A DNA stretch of 64,000 nucleotides, taken from NCBI GenBank assembly GCA_963789265.1, contig CAWBKB010000001.1, positions 1,792,001 to 1,856,000 of the forward strand. The letters run 5' to 3'. Numbering within the stretch: the stretch's first letter is position 1; every line of letters starts with the position of its first letter. Origin of the DNA: an uncultured delta proteobacterium (GTDB lineage Bacteria; Desulfobacterota; Desulfomonilia; Desulfomonilales; Desulfomonilaceae). Made by a program: the position numbers and the translations under genes. The notes under the pieces are model-generated. The model made no database searches, was not told where the DNA came from, and was given only the letters and a program-made list of their open reading frames with translations. Of the stretch, positions 1 to 10,236 are shown piece by piece.

Positions 1-1
1 C

Positions 2-559
2 CTGCGTTTTGTCGCGGCACCGGTTTTTGGACGGCCGGACATGGCGGCCGCGGGCAAACTATTCATCATTGCCGGCGGAGCCCCGGATGCCGTCGAGGCT
101 TGCCGGCCTCTCTTCGAGGCCCTGGGACAGAAAACATTCGCGGCCGGCGACCGGCCTCAGGACGCTAACTTGATTAAGCTCAGCGGCAACTTCCTCATAG
201 CTTCGACCATCGAGGCCCTGGGTGAGGCCATGGCGCTCGTCGGCAAGGCGGGCATAGATCGAAGCCATTATCTCGATATTCTGACCTCGACGCTCTTCAC
301 TGCACCAATTCATAGGACATACGGTGAGCTGATCGCAAAGGAGAAGTTCGAGCCGGCCGGGTTCGCCGCGCCGTTAGGACACAAGGATATCCGCCTCACT
401 CTTGCCGCAGCGGAAAGCCTTCTCGTGCCCATGCCGCTCGCGAGCCTGTTACGGGATCGGTTGTTGACTCTTCTTGCTAAAGGAGGCGAAGCCCTCGACT
501 GGTCGGCTATCGGGCAGCTTTCCTCAACGGACTCGGGGCAGGTGGACCGACACCGGTGA
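2..559 (+). CDS. NAD(P)-dependent oxidoreductase, 3-hydroxyisobutyrate/6-phosphogluconate dehydrogenase family (5' end outside window)
   Basis: Open from base 2 (LRFVAAPVFGRPD...); ANLIKLSGNF and GFAAPLGHKDIRL motifs. Confidence 0.9.
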   Translation: MRFVAAPVFGRPDMAAAGKLFIIAGGAPDAVEACRPLFEALGQKTFAAGDRPQDANLIKLSGNFLIASTIEALGEAMALVGKAGIDRSHYLDILTSTLFTAPIHRTYGELIAKEKFEPAGFAAPLGHKDIRLTLAAAESLLVPMPLASLLRDRLLTLLAKGGEALDWSAIGQLSSTDSGQVDRHR

Positions 560-811
560 CAAGGGCGATATAGAGAGGACGCTCTTGTATTAGCTTGCGG
601 CAAGCAGGAATCGGCAAAAAAAAGATTGACTCCAAGAGTCGACTCGGTAATTATGATAAATAGTAATTCGGTCGACGCGTCGAATGCTGCTTTCAACCGA
701 TTAACGAAAGGAGCATGATGGAAGAACCCGATAAGAGTTCAAAAACCTAATATAGGGCAACGAAGGCAACAGGAAAAATTCCTGTTGTAACTATGGGTAC
801 TAAGACTCATG

Positions 812-848
812 AAACGGAACTGAGCGATCAGTTCCGTTTTCTATTTTT
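812..848 (+). terminator. Intrinsic terminator-like hairpin
   Basis: Perfect 12-bp stem AAACGGAACTGA-GCGA-TCAGTTCCGTTT followed by TCTATTTTT. Confidence 0.65.
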
Positions 849-1621
849 CACCCTCTGTTGCCTTTCCGGTTGTGTTCCCCAGAGCGACAGAGCTCTTGAG
901 GCCGTGAAAATATGCGGTGGTAATATTCCGGCAAATTTGCAAGTTCCGATTTGACGGTTTAACGTTCGTGGCCCCCTCACGTCAGAGTTATTGTGCATCC
1001 GGGTTCATCCGGTGCGCCAAGGCTCCTCATCACCTCCCCCCCCAGCCGTGGCGCACTGGATTCTTTTCGGCCTGAGGACTTCGCCAAGATGTCGGCGCTA
1101 CGGCAGCCATGTGAGTGCGGTCAATGGACGACAAGATGGCTTCTTGGCCGTGCCCGGTGCGAATGGGAGACCCCATCATCATTGATTCTATCCTGTTGAG
1201 GCCAGACCAAAGAAGACTCGTTGCGAGGTTGAATCAATTCGTGAAAACGCAAGTCATTGGTTCCTGCGCCATGACGATAAAAACACCCGAATGTCGCTGC
1301 GCCGATAAGTCAGCTTTGCTTAGCAGGTCGCCGGCCTAAGGGGCCTCATCTTGTCCTCGTCCCGGTACCACCAGGTTGCCATCTGGCGAGGGTCAAGAAA
1401 TTCTGGTTGACGTAGGAGTGTACGCTGAAGTACGGTCAAAAACAGTGACAAACAGGCTCTGTCAACAACATGGCGACGGTTTTGCCGACCTGCTGTTTTG
1501 TGAGGGACCGTACGGCCTCTTATTGGGTGTAAAGGAGACACTGCCAGGACCGGATTCCGGGGGCAAACGTCTTAGAATTGGCAAGCCCGCCGCATAATCT
1601 CGGCAAAGAGAGGAGGGAGTT

Positions 1622-2194
1622 ATGACAACCAGCGTGGAAAAAACCGAGTTCAATCCCGTGCAAGAAGTGTTTGGAGAAGTGCAGGCGAACTGGGGCTGGC
1701 TTCTGGCTCTCGGGATCGTCTTCGTGATCCTGGGATTCATTGGATTGGGGATGACCTTTGCGGTAACTGTGGCGAGCGTCCTTATGTATGGCGTCCTCTT
1801 GCTCATAGGCGCGGGTGCTCAATTCGTGGACGCGGCTAAGTGCAAAGGATGGAAGGGCATCATCTGGCACGTGCTCATAGCGTTGCTCTATGTAGTTGCC
1901 GGCATCGTAGTGATTCAGAACCCATTGGCCGCATCCGTAATCCTCACCCTGGCCCTCGCAGGAGCGCTCATTGTTGTCGGCCTGGCAAGGGCTATTATGG
2001 CCGTTCAGATGCACGCGGCCAGGAACTGGGTGTGGCCGTTTCTGGGCGGACTGGTCTCCATCATCCTGGGATGCATCATCATGGCCCATTGGCCGGTGTC
2101 GGGCCTATGGATAATAGGACTCTTTGTTTCAATAGAATTGATGGTGCACGGCTGGTCGTACATCTTTATCGCTTTGTCGGCTAAGGGTGCTTGA
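1622..2194 (+). CDS. HdeD/DUF308 family membrane protein
   Basis: NWGWLLALGI start, six hydrophobic helices, WPVSGLWIIGLFVSIEL; GGAGGGAG RBS. Confidence 0.9.
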   Translation: MTTSVEKTEFNPVQEVFGEVQANWGWLLALGIVFVILGFIGLGMTFAVTVASVLMYGVLLLIGAGAQFVDAAKCKGWKGIIWHVLIALLYVVAGIVVIQNPLAASVILTLALAGALIVVGLARAIMAVQMHAARNWVWPFLGGLVSIILGCIIMAHWPVSGLWIIGLFVSIELMVHGWSYIFIALSAKGA

Positions 2195-2350
2195 GTTGCA
2201 CCAGACCCCGGCGTCGGATGAGCCTCTGAAAATCCTAAAGAATGTGGATGTCCAAGTCATTCAAGGACATGCCGAACACGATGGATTCGGTTGCCGGCTG
2301 GTACGGGGGCGTCCCGAGACCGCCTGATCGGTACGCGGCTCAATAGCGTG

Positions 2351-2376
2351 AATTGAGTATGGTTTCCACGGAATTC
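2351..2376. repeat. Copy of ~25-bp boundary motif (AATTRAGTATGGTGTMCCCGGAAYT family)
   Basis: AATTGAGTATGGTTTCCACGGAATTC resembles 38546-38570 and 41084-41108. Confidence 0.7.
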
Positions 2377-2448
2377 AATAGAATTCCGAGCTTCGGTGTG
2401 GCGCATGAGTCGTGTTGATGGTCCGTCAGAAAATGAGGGAGCTGATCC

Positions 2449-2652
2449 ATGGACGCGACAACCCTGTTGTTTGGAGTAATTTTTGGCTCATTAGGCATGG
2501 GATATATTGTATACGGAAGGAAACAAAAAAGAGGTATAGCCTTGCTTTCAGGGTTTGTCCTGTGCGGACTGCCTTATTTCGTTTCTAATATCTTCTTGCT
2601 CCTGACCGCGAGCGTTGCAGTCGCGGCGTTGCCATTTGTTCTCCCGTACTGA
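2449..2652 (+). CDS. Small conserved membrane protein
   Basis: GAGGGAG RBS; FGSLGMGYIVYGRKQ pattern, hydrophobic segments. Confidence 0.8.
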   Translation: MDATTLLFGVIFGSLGMGYIVYGRKQKRGIALLSGFVLCGLPYFVSNIFLLLTASVAVAALPFVLPY

Positions 2653-2724
2653 TGTCACGTAGAGAATTTAGCGCCTTTTTGGAACGAATCTGGGATATCA
2701 TTGTCGACGGCCGACCCGCGTGGC

Positions 2725-2850
2725 AAAATCCAAGCCATCAAGGTCGATAAGCTCGCGACTGAGGCCATTAAGCGCCAACGCCTGACCGCGCTGGGCTGTT
2801 CGCTGCCGGCTGCGCTCCATTTTGTGGCGGTGGATTTTCCGCAGGAGGAC
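2725..2850 (+). pseudogene. Internal fragment of a class I SAM-dependent methyltransferase (LCM/TIGR00027-like)
   Basis: KVDKLATEAIKRQRLTALG...LHFVAVDF resembles the EVDHPATQxxKRxRL...LHFVxVDF segment; no start or end. Confidence 0.5.
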
Positions 2851-2919
2851 CTGCCGCACGCTCCCAATCGGTCGTGCCACGATACCGACATTCCTACCTT
2901 TTTCAGTTGGCCTGGCGTG

Positions 2920-3323
2920 ATACCAGTGCGCCATCAAACAAGTAACAATCTCCGCGAGGATATGGTGGGGCATCCCGCGCGGAACGCGGGACTGCCTGCC
3001 ATTCGTCACCCCGGGCTCCGATCCGGGGTCCAGTCTGGATGCCCGCGTACGCAGGCATGACGACAGGCAATCACGCCCGGGCGCATAGGCGTTAATTTAA
3101 GGCAATTTCGTTCCTTTTCAAGAGGTGAATGCAGGCCGAGGGCGATCAAAGTCCCCCTTTTTTAAAGGGGGATTTAGGGGGATTTTCAATGAGTTATCCG
3201 AAAATCCCCCCTGGCCCCCCTTTACGAAAGGGGGGAATAAATCGTTAACTTAACGCCTATGTGCCCCCGGCGGGACTGTCCTGCCAGAAACACGCTGTCT
3301 CTTGCTTGAAAACGAATCGGTAT
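2920..3323. mobile_element. MITE/REP mosaic (family A), with nested element
   Basis: Imperfect terminal inverted repeats ATACCAGTGCG...GAATCGGTAT; both ends homologous to 13471-13670. Confidence 0.75.
3084..3261. mobile_element. Nested MITE
   Basis: TIRs CATAGGCGTTAATTTAA / TTAACTTAACGCCTATG (16 of 17 match); internal CCCCC..GGGGG hairpins; absent from the 13471 copy. Confidence 0.8.
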
Positions 3324-3510
3324 TGAACGTGGTTTACTGCGGCAGGACAATGGGAATTGGCTCAAATGAGGTTTTGGGAGGGCAACGGAAATCTGAAGAG
3401 ACAGTGAAACCTTGAGGAGTGCGTCTGAATAGTGGCGTGAACCTGAAAAAAGTGAGAAAGATTATCGGCGGCTGGAAAGTCCAAAGTTGTACAAGAGGCA
3501 CACGGTGTTT

Positions 3511-3837
3511 ATGGCAAGAGCGGCTGTTCTCTTTCTATTTGCGGGTCTGGCGGAAATTGGCGGGGGCTATCTGGTATGGCTTTGGCTGCGGGAAGACAAG
3601 CCTTACTGGTACGGGATTATCGGCGGAGTGATTCTCTTCCTCTATGGAATCATCCCCACGATGCAGAGTTTTCCTCACTTCGGAAGGATTTACGCTGCAT
3701 ACGGCGGCGTTTTCATTGTCCTGTCCCTATTGTGGGGATGGGGTGTAGATCGTAAAACCCCGGACTTATATGACGGTATAGGAGCCGCTATCTGCTTGGT
3801 CGGGATATATGTGATCCTCTGGAGTCCGAGGAATTAA
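3511..3837 (+). CDS. ynfA: YnfA family small multidrug-resistance-like membrane protein
   Basis: [17 protein letters not shown] and [12 protein letters not shown] motifs; ATG at 3511. Confidence 0.93.
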   Translation: MARAAVLFLFAGLAEIGGGYLVWLWLREDKPYWYGIIGGVILFLYGIIPTMQSFPHFGRIYAAYGGVFIVLSLLWGWGVDRKTPDLYDGIGAAICLVGIYVILWSPRN

Positions 3838-4022
3838 ACCTGTTGATAGCCCTTCGACGGTACAATCGAACACCGGAATTTGGGGGACACCATGCTTATT
3901 CCTTTTCGGCCGCGGACTGGCGGCGACTTACGTTAAGGACTGCAGGGTTGCAAGCTTGACGTGGCCGGTGGCTGCGTGTGAAAGACAGAATCACGAGTGG
4001 GGCCATGCCGCTATGAGAGAGG

Positions 4023-4151
4023 ACCAGTCGAGGCCTGTTCGTGGTGTTCACTGTCCGAGGAGACACAATCCGCGTGATTTCGGCCCGCGACATGAATCGA
4101 AATGAGAGACGGATTTACGATGAAAAAGAAAATTCCGAAATTCGAGACTGA
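4023..4151 (+). pseudogene. C-terminal remnant of BrnT family toxin
   Basis: Manual translation LFVVFTVRGDTIRVISARDMNRNERRIY overlapping antitoxin start; in-frame TGA at 4014 and no recognisable N-terminus. Confidence 0.8.
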
Positions 4152-4383
4152 AAACCAGGAACGCGAGTTTTGGGCAAGCCACGACTCAACCGAGTACGTG
4201 GGCTGGGATAAAGCGAAACGAGTGAAATTCCCCAATCTGAAGCTGTCTACCAGGACTATTTCTATCAGGCTTCCTCAGTCGATGCTGGATGACCTGAAGA
4301 TGCTGACAAACAAAAGAGATGTTCCGTATCAATCATTGCTGAAGGTCTACCTGGCAAAGCGCATCAAAGAAGAGCTTGGATAA
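4120..4383 (+). CDS. BrnA/CopG-like antitoxin
   Basis: IPKFETENQEREFWASHD and TISIRLP...VPYQSLLK motifs. Confidence 0.9.
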   Translation: MKKKIPKFETENQEREFWASHDSTEYVGWDKAKRVKFPNLKLSTRTISIRLPQSMLDDLKMLTNKRDVPYQSLLKVYLAKRIKEELG

Positions 4384-4530
4384 AGACCGGCACACCAAAG
4401 AGACAACGGCCACACCCGTAGCCGGGGCATTGTGCGATGATATCCAAGGACTTCATAACAAATCAATTGGTGCTACCTGTGCTGTTATCCAGATTAGTGA
4501 TATAACATGATTACATGATGGGGCAATACT

Positions 4531-4860
4531 ATGACAACGCCAAGTGAAATCGAGGAGTTGTTGGCGTCACTAAGCCGTGCAGAAAAAGCGGAACTGCTGC
4601 AATGGATAGTCCGTGATCTCGGCGATGCGTTCCCCGGGATCGAGAGCAATCCCCTGGTGAGCGGTGGCGAGGCATGTATCGTCCGCACACGGATTCCGGT
4701 CTGGGTTCTGGCTCGAGCGAGAAACCTGGGGATGAGTGAGGCAGACATTCTCCAGTCCTACCCTACCCTGCGTGCCCAGGATCTTGCCAATGCCTGGGCC
4801 TTTTACCGTTCGCACCGGGATGAAATCGACCGCCAGATCCGGGACAACGAGGCCGCATAG
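4531..4860 (+). CDS. DUF433 domain antitoxin-like protein
   Basis: PLVSGGEACIVRTRIPVW...ILQSYPTL motif. Confidence 0.9.
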   Translation: MTTPSEIEELLASLSRAEKAELLQWIVRDLGDAFPGIESNPLVSGGEACIVRTRIPVWVLARARNLGMSEADILQSYPTLRAQDLANAWAFYRSHRDEIDRQIRDNEAA

Positions 4861-4865
4861 AAGGC

Positions 4866-5204
4866 ATGGCTCGGATATACTCCAATGAGAACGTCCCGCT
4901 CCCTGTTGTTGAAGAGTTGCGGCGACTTGGCCACGACGTTCTTACAACCTCGGATGCCGGTAATGCGGGAAAGGCGCTGCCTGATGAGGCAGTCTTGGCC
5001 TTTGCTGTGGCACAAAACCGGATATTAATCACGCTCAACCGGAAACATTTTATTCGACTGCATGCGTCTAATCCAGATCATCACGGCATAATCGTTTGTT
5101 CGGTCGATCCTGATTTCATTTCGCAAGCACGTCGGATTCATGAGTCTATGGATGCATGCGGATCGATCGAGGGCAAGTTGATTCGGGTGAATCGTTCGCC
5201 TTAG
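4866..5204 (+). CDS. DUF5615 PIN-like toxin
   Basis: YSNENVP...LGHDV...DEAVLAFA...ILITLNRKHF; paired with DUF433. Confidence 0.88.
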   Translation: MARIYSNENVPLPVVEELRRLGHDVLTTSDAGNAGKALPDEAVLAFAVAQNRILITLNRKHFIRLHASNPDHHGIIVCSVDPDFISQARRIHESMDACGSIEGKLIRVNRSP

Positions 5205-5286
5205 GGGTCGATGCAGTTCTCGTTTATCACCATGTCGTAAGTGGACTCAATTTGGCAAACCGCTGACAAATGCAAAGGGGGTTCGG

Positions 5287-7495
5287 ATGTTCAAAGCTGG
5301 CCAGCCCATTCAGGACCGTGATGAGGACAGCCTAGGGCGGTGGCCCTTTGCTCTTTCATTGGCGGAAGCCATATTGGGCTATCAGGAAACGGAAAGCATT
5401 GCTATCGGCCTTTATGGAACGTGGGGGGCAGGCAAAACGTCCGTGCTTAACCTACTGGAACATGCCATTTATCTGAGATCTGTGGAAATCTCTCCCCAAC
5501 GAAGACCGGTGATTGTCCATTTTAATCCGTGGCACTATTCGGATCAAAACCAACTGATCGCCATGTTTTTTAGGGACTTATCAATAAACACTGGAAACAA
5601 GCTAAGCGACGAAAAGGCTAAGCGGATAAGTGAGCTGTTTGATTCTTTATCTTTATATTTTTTCTGCTTGGCGGCGATTCCTCAGGCTGCTCCTGTGACG
5701 ATAGGCGCAGCTATCACACTTAAGACTTTGGGAGAACTGTTCAAGAGATTTACGAATCACTTCCGCCGAGACCACGGTCCCGATTTGATCCAGTTGAAAA
5801 AGGAACTCGACCTCATATTGAGCACAATTCAGAACAAAATAGTTATTATCATGGATGACATTGACCGATTAAACAGCACCGAGATTAGGCAAATATTCCA
5901 GTTGGTCAAGTCCGTGGCCGACTTCAAGAACACTGACTACGTGCTTGCCTTCGACAAGAAAGTGGTCATAAAGGCATTAGATAAAGTTCAGGAAAAGACA
6001 GGGCAGCTCTACTTGGAAAAGATTGTACCCGTTTGCTTCGACATTGTTTCGCCTGACCGGTCAAGAATCAGAAAAGAATTACATGATCGACTTAAGGCAA
6101 TCGTCGCGGACGCGTGGGAGGAGAAAATCTGGGAAGGTTTGTACGCGGATAGGTTGCGCCCTTTCTTTTCAACTCTTAGAGATGTAACACGGTTTCTCAA
6201 CACATTTCTGTTCAGCTACGGGCTGCTCGCTCATGACGTCAGGTTTGAGGATTTGGCCGTCATCACTGCTATTCAAGTTCACGAGCCGGCCATATATAGT
6301 GAAATCCATAAGAATAAAGGCCTATTTGCCGGGGAATATCGCAGGAGCCCCATCTCGGCTATGATGAGCGATAGCAGTGAGTCCCAACTCAAGGAGCATC
6401 TCAAACAAGAGTGCGAAAAGATACTTAAGCTGTCAACTAAGATTCCCGTTGAGGAATTGCGAGAGGTTGTGAAAATTACGTTTCCAAGAATTGATGCAAT
6501 CTATAGCTCAAGTACGACTGAATCGGACGGGGAATCGGAATGGCGCACAAAAAAAAGAATATGTAGCCCGGAGTATTTCAGCAGGTATTTCAAGCTGCTC
6601 TTATCAGCCGATGAGTTTTCCCAAAAAGAACTCGATGCGATTTTATCCACGGCGGTGGACACGGCACAGTTCCTCGGTGAACTCGAAAGACTGAGACATG
6701 GAAATCGTCTCTCTGAATTTCTCGAGACCATGCAATTCTTAATATCGCGGCAACTTGTCAGAGCAGCAAATCTCAATTGTTATGACTGCTTTGCTCAATA
6801 TCGATGACATTTTCCGGACCGTACAAAGTGGCAAATTAGGGTGGCTAGTGGCGTCACAAATTAGTGAGATAGTTTCAGCATTCTCTCGCGGCTTAGACTC
6901 CCTCGAAAAGCGATTTCAGGTGATATCCGAGGCCATTCGCACGGCTAAAGCTAGCAAAAGTATATTTGCCATCGTATGGGCCGTTTACGATGAGCATAAG
7001 GTTCATGCAGATTTACCTGTTGGGACCATGCTGCCTAAATATAAGTTGGAACGCTTGATGGTCGACGGCACGCAGCTTGATGAGTTAAAACGTCTGGTAT
7101 CAGCCATGATCCTTGAGCGAGCGTGTGACGGCAGATTGCTTACAGAAGAAGGACTTCCTCACTTACTCTATGAATGGAAGCCGTGGGCAAGGCCCGAAGA
7201 CTTCGATATATGTACTGGCCTTTTGACATCCAAAGGCCATTTGATAGACTTCTTGGCATGCTTCAATCCGCGCCCGGATAACGACTTACCGACTAAGAAA
7301 ATCTTCACCTTGAAAGCGCTGGAAGGAATACTCGATATTAGCAAAATCCTGCCACGAATCCGATCCATTTACGAGTCTCCATCATTTGAAGCACTGGAAG
7401 AAGACAAGAAAGCGGCCATAAAAGCCATTATCGAACATCAAGGTGCAACGTCGCACGAACAAGCGGAAAGCTCGTCTGGGAACACCGCGGATTAA
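5287..7495 (+). CDS. KAP family P-loop NTPase (one frameshift near 6755-6765)
   Basis: Walker A GTWGAGKTS, FNPW, Walker B IIMDDIDRL, YLEKIV; overlapping ORF 6755-7495 continues the protein. Confidence 0.85.
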
Positions 7496-7834
7496 TCGCT
7501 GCCGCACGGTCCCAGGATTTGTGGATATCCTGATACCTATTCTTCTTGGTCTCAAGCTTCCGGGAAATTCTGGGCACACCGCAATAATTTCCTCTCATAC
7601 ATGGGTCGTGCAGCAACGTCTGCGCCAGTAGAACGCTAATCAGGCCTGCTCAAGGTTGCTCAAGAACGTGTTGTCGCGGCGGCATCCCCGGCCCCTGTCT
7701 CCCCGGATCGATTTCTTACTAGGATACGCACTCGAATCCTGAGATTCGCTGCCTGCCCTTCCCTTCCTTTCCGCCTTCTCCTACAGCTTGGAAAACTGTA
7801 TAATGAACCCGGAAGCCAGGAAAGGAGCACAAAT

Positions 7835-8332
7835 ATGAGAGATATCGGCAAGAATGAATTGAAGGAATTGTTGCTCAAATGCTGGATGACACACGACGGG
7901 ATGTGGTTCTATCATTCCATGCAGAACCTGGGCATTGAAAAGGCCAATCAAATAAACAAAGCCGCAATGAAGTCGCTTGCGGGCATAGAAATGGAGAGGA
8001 TCCGAAAGGCCTTTGGTCTCAAAGAGATTGAAACTTTTGAAGAACTTAAGACACTGTCTCATGCCGCGTTCGGAGTGCTTACGGATGATTTCATGGGATT
8101 AAGTTACGGTTTTCCTTCAGAAAATGATATGCACTGGGAGATGAGCAAATGCTTCGCCCATGCTGGAATGACAAGACTTGGGGTCATCGAACAGTATGAA
8201 TGCGGGGTTGTTTTCAGAGTGATGTGCTGGTTCGATCACCTGGGGGTAAAATATGTCGTCACTCCACGATCTGACCGCTGCCTCATGCTCGTTAGCGGTA
8301 GTTGCCGCGGAGACTTCAAGTTTTCCTTTTAA
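7835..8332 (+). CDS. DUF6125-like protein
   Basis: AAGGAG RBS; WMTHDGMWF motif and C-terminal Cys pattern. Confidence 0.7.
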   Translation: MRDIGKNELKELLLKCWMTHDGMWFYHSMQNLGIEKANQINKAAMKSLAGIEMERIRKAFGLKEIETFEELKTLSHAAFGVLTDDFMGLSYGFPSENDMHWEMSKCFAHAGMTRLGVIEQYECGVVFRVMCWFDHLGVKYVVTPRSDRCLMLVSGSCRGDFKFSF

Positions 8333-8377
8333 GCGTCGCCCGGAACTTGAACCAGAGGCGATCAGCATCTTATTTCC

Positions 8378-9823
8378 TCACATTTCGGCCGGGGATTTCT
8401 CGAAGCGACCGTAACGGAGTGCAAGGCTCGGTAACACGAGGAGATTCAGACCTGTTGAGGTAACCAGCCCACCGAGGATAACTATCGCCATCGGTCCTTC
8501 GATCTCACGTCCGGGAGCGCCGCTGCCGATTGCCATCGGGAGCAGCCCCAAGGCCGTAACGAGCGCGGTCATGAGAATGGGAGCAAGCCTCTCCAAAGCA
8601 CCTCTGGCATTGGCTTCTGCACCCCACTCCATGCCCTCCATTGATACCAGATATCCCCAGTGAGATATCAGCATGATGGAGTTGCGCAACGTGATACCGA
8701 AAAGAGTAATAAAGCCCACAGCCGAGCCAATCGAAAGAACCCCGCCGGAAGCGAAGACCGCCAGCACGCCTCCCACCAGCGCGAACGGCAGGTTCAAGAG
8801 CAACAGGATGAAGTTCGGAAAATTCCGGATAATCATTGCCAGAAGGATAATGATCCCTGCGCCGGCTAAAAACGAATGGAAAATAAGATCTCTTTCAGAC
8901 TTCGCCCGGGCTTCCGCGGTACCCGAGAATTCCAAATAAGTTCCCGGGGACAAACAGACCTCTGAGGTGATCTTTCTTTTTGCTTCAGCCGCGAACGAGC
9001 CGATGTTGGGTCCAGCCGCATTACAGGTCACAACCTGAACCCTTCGGGCTCCCTGGTGCAGAATTGCATAGCGTCCCGATGTTTCGTAGATATCGGCCAA
9101 CTGTCGAAGGTGAACGTACGTCCCGGCCATGTTGCGCAATGGAAGCGTTCCAAGCTGGGATGGCGTCCTCCTCTCCGCGGGGTCCAAGATAACCGAGACG
9201 TTAAAGATGCGGTTTCCCTCATATACCTGACCGACCACGTCCCCATTGTAAGCTGTGCGAACCGCGTCGAGAACACTTACCGGATCAAAGCCCCATCTCA
9301 CGAGATCGGATTTTCGCAAGCGAACAACTAGTTGAGGGGTCCCACGCCGCGATTGAATCATCACATCGGTTGCTCCGTGGACTTTCTTTAGCACGTCGGC
9401 CACCGTTTGTGCCGCTGCATCCAGCGCTTTGAGATCGTTTCCGAAAATATTGACCACAAAGGCCGCGGTATACCCGGAAATGGTCTCCTCAACCCGTTCC
9501 GACCAGAACGTATTCATAGAGAAGTCTACACCGACAAACTTTGAAAGCGCCTTTCGGATATCGGTTTGGGCCGCCTCGGCCTGGTCACCGGCAAGTGGGC
9601 GAAGATCCACCTCAAATTCGCTTTGATAAGCCCCCAACCAATCATCCCCTCTTTCGGCCCTTCCCGCCCGTTGGCCTACGGAACGCACGGAGGAGATTTT
9701 AAGGAGCGTCCGGGTAACTTCGTTGCCGAGTCGCATGGATTCGGCTATGGAAGTCCCCGGTGCAGCGGCCATGTGAAGTATGAAATGTCCTTCTTGCAAC
9801 TCCGGCAGGAATGCGCCTCCCAT
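8378..9823 (-). pseudogene. C-terminal half of CusA/CzcA-type RND permease
   Basis: FLPELQEG, ERLAPILMTA, GREIEGPMAIVILGGL; N-terminal half missing. Confidence 0.85.
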
Positions 9824-10236
9824 GAAATGGTTCGCTCCCCAAAGAGTTGGCGGCGACGTTCATAAATCTTTGAGGACTTGATGTAGCTCGCACCTGCACT
9901 TTCCAGTTGTGCCTTTGCTGCGGCATATCGATTGCGCAAACGGGAAAGAGTGTCGAAGGAAAGGGCTGTGCCGTATGCTTTGAATTTTTCTTGCCGAGTT
10001 GTAGATTCCAAGGCTGCGGACTCAATTCCGGTCGCCTTCTATTCCTCTTCACGAACTGTCAGGACAGTCTCTCCGCCCACTACGGACACTACGGCCGCGG
10101 ATCTGAAAGGGCGTTCACCTTCTTTCTCCAGTGACAATTCTTTGCGTCCCTGCATATAGGCCCGGACGAGCAGGGCTGCAACCCCTGCAACGACGATTAT
10201 GACCAATGCGATATTTAGCCATCGCTTGATAGTCAT
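9824..10236 (-). pseudogene. Truncated RND membrane-fusion protein
   Basis: N-terminal TM anchor, in-frame TAG at 10039-10041, same frame continues (AKAQLESA...YERRRQLF) then runs into the permease remnant. Confidence 0.75.

Noticed and set aside
991..1597. Short ORFs between the dehydrogenase and hdeD-like gene
   Set aside because: No RBS or recognisable motif; overlap structured DNA
10039..10041. Pyrrolysine or other readthrough at in-frame TAG
   Set aside because: The gene is also truncated by a deletion; simple nonsense mutation is more parsimonious
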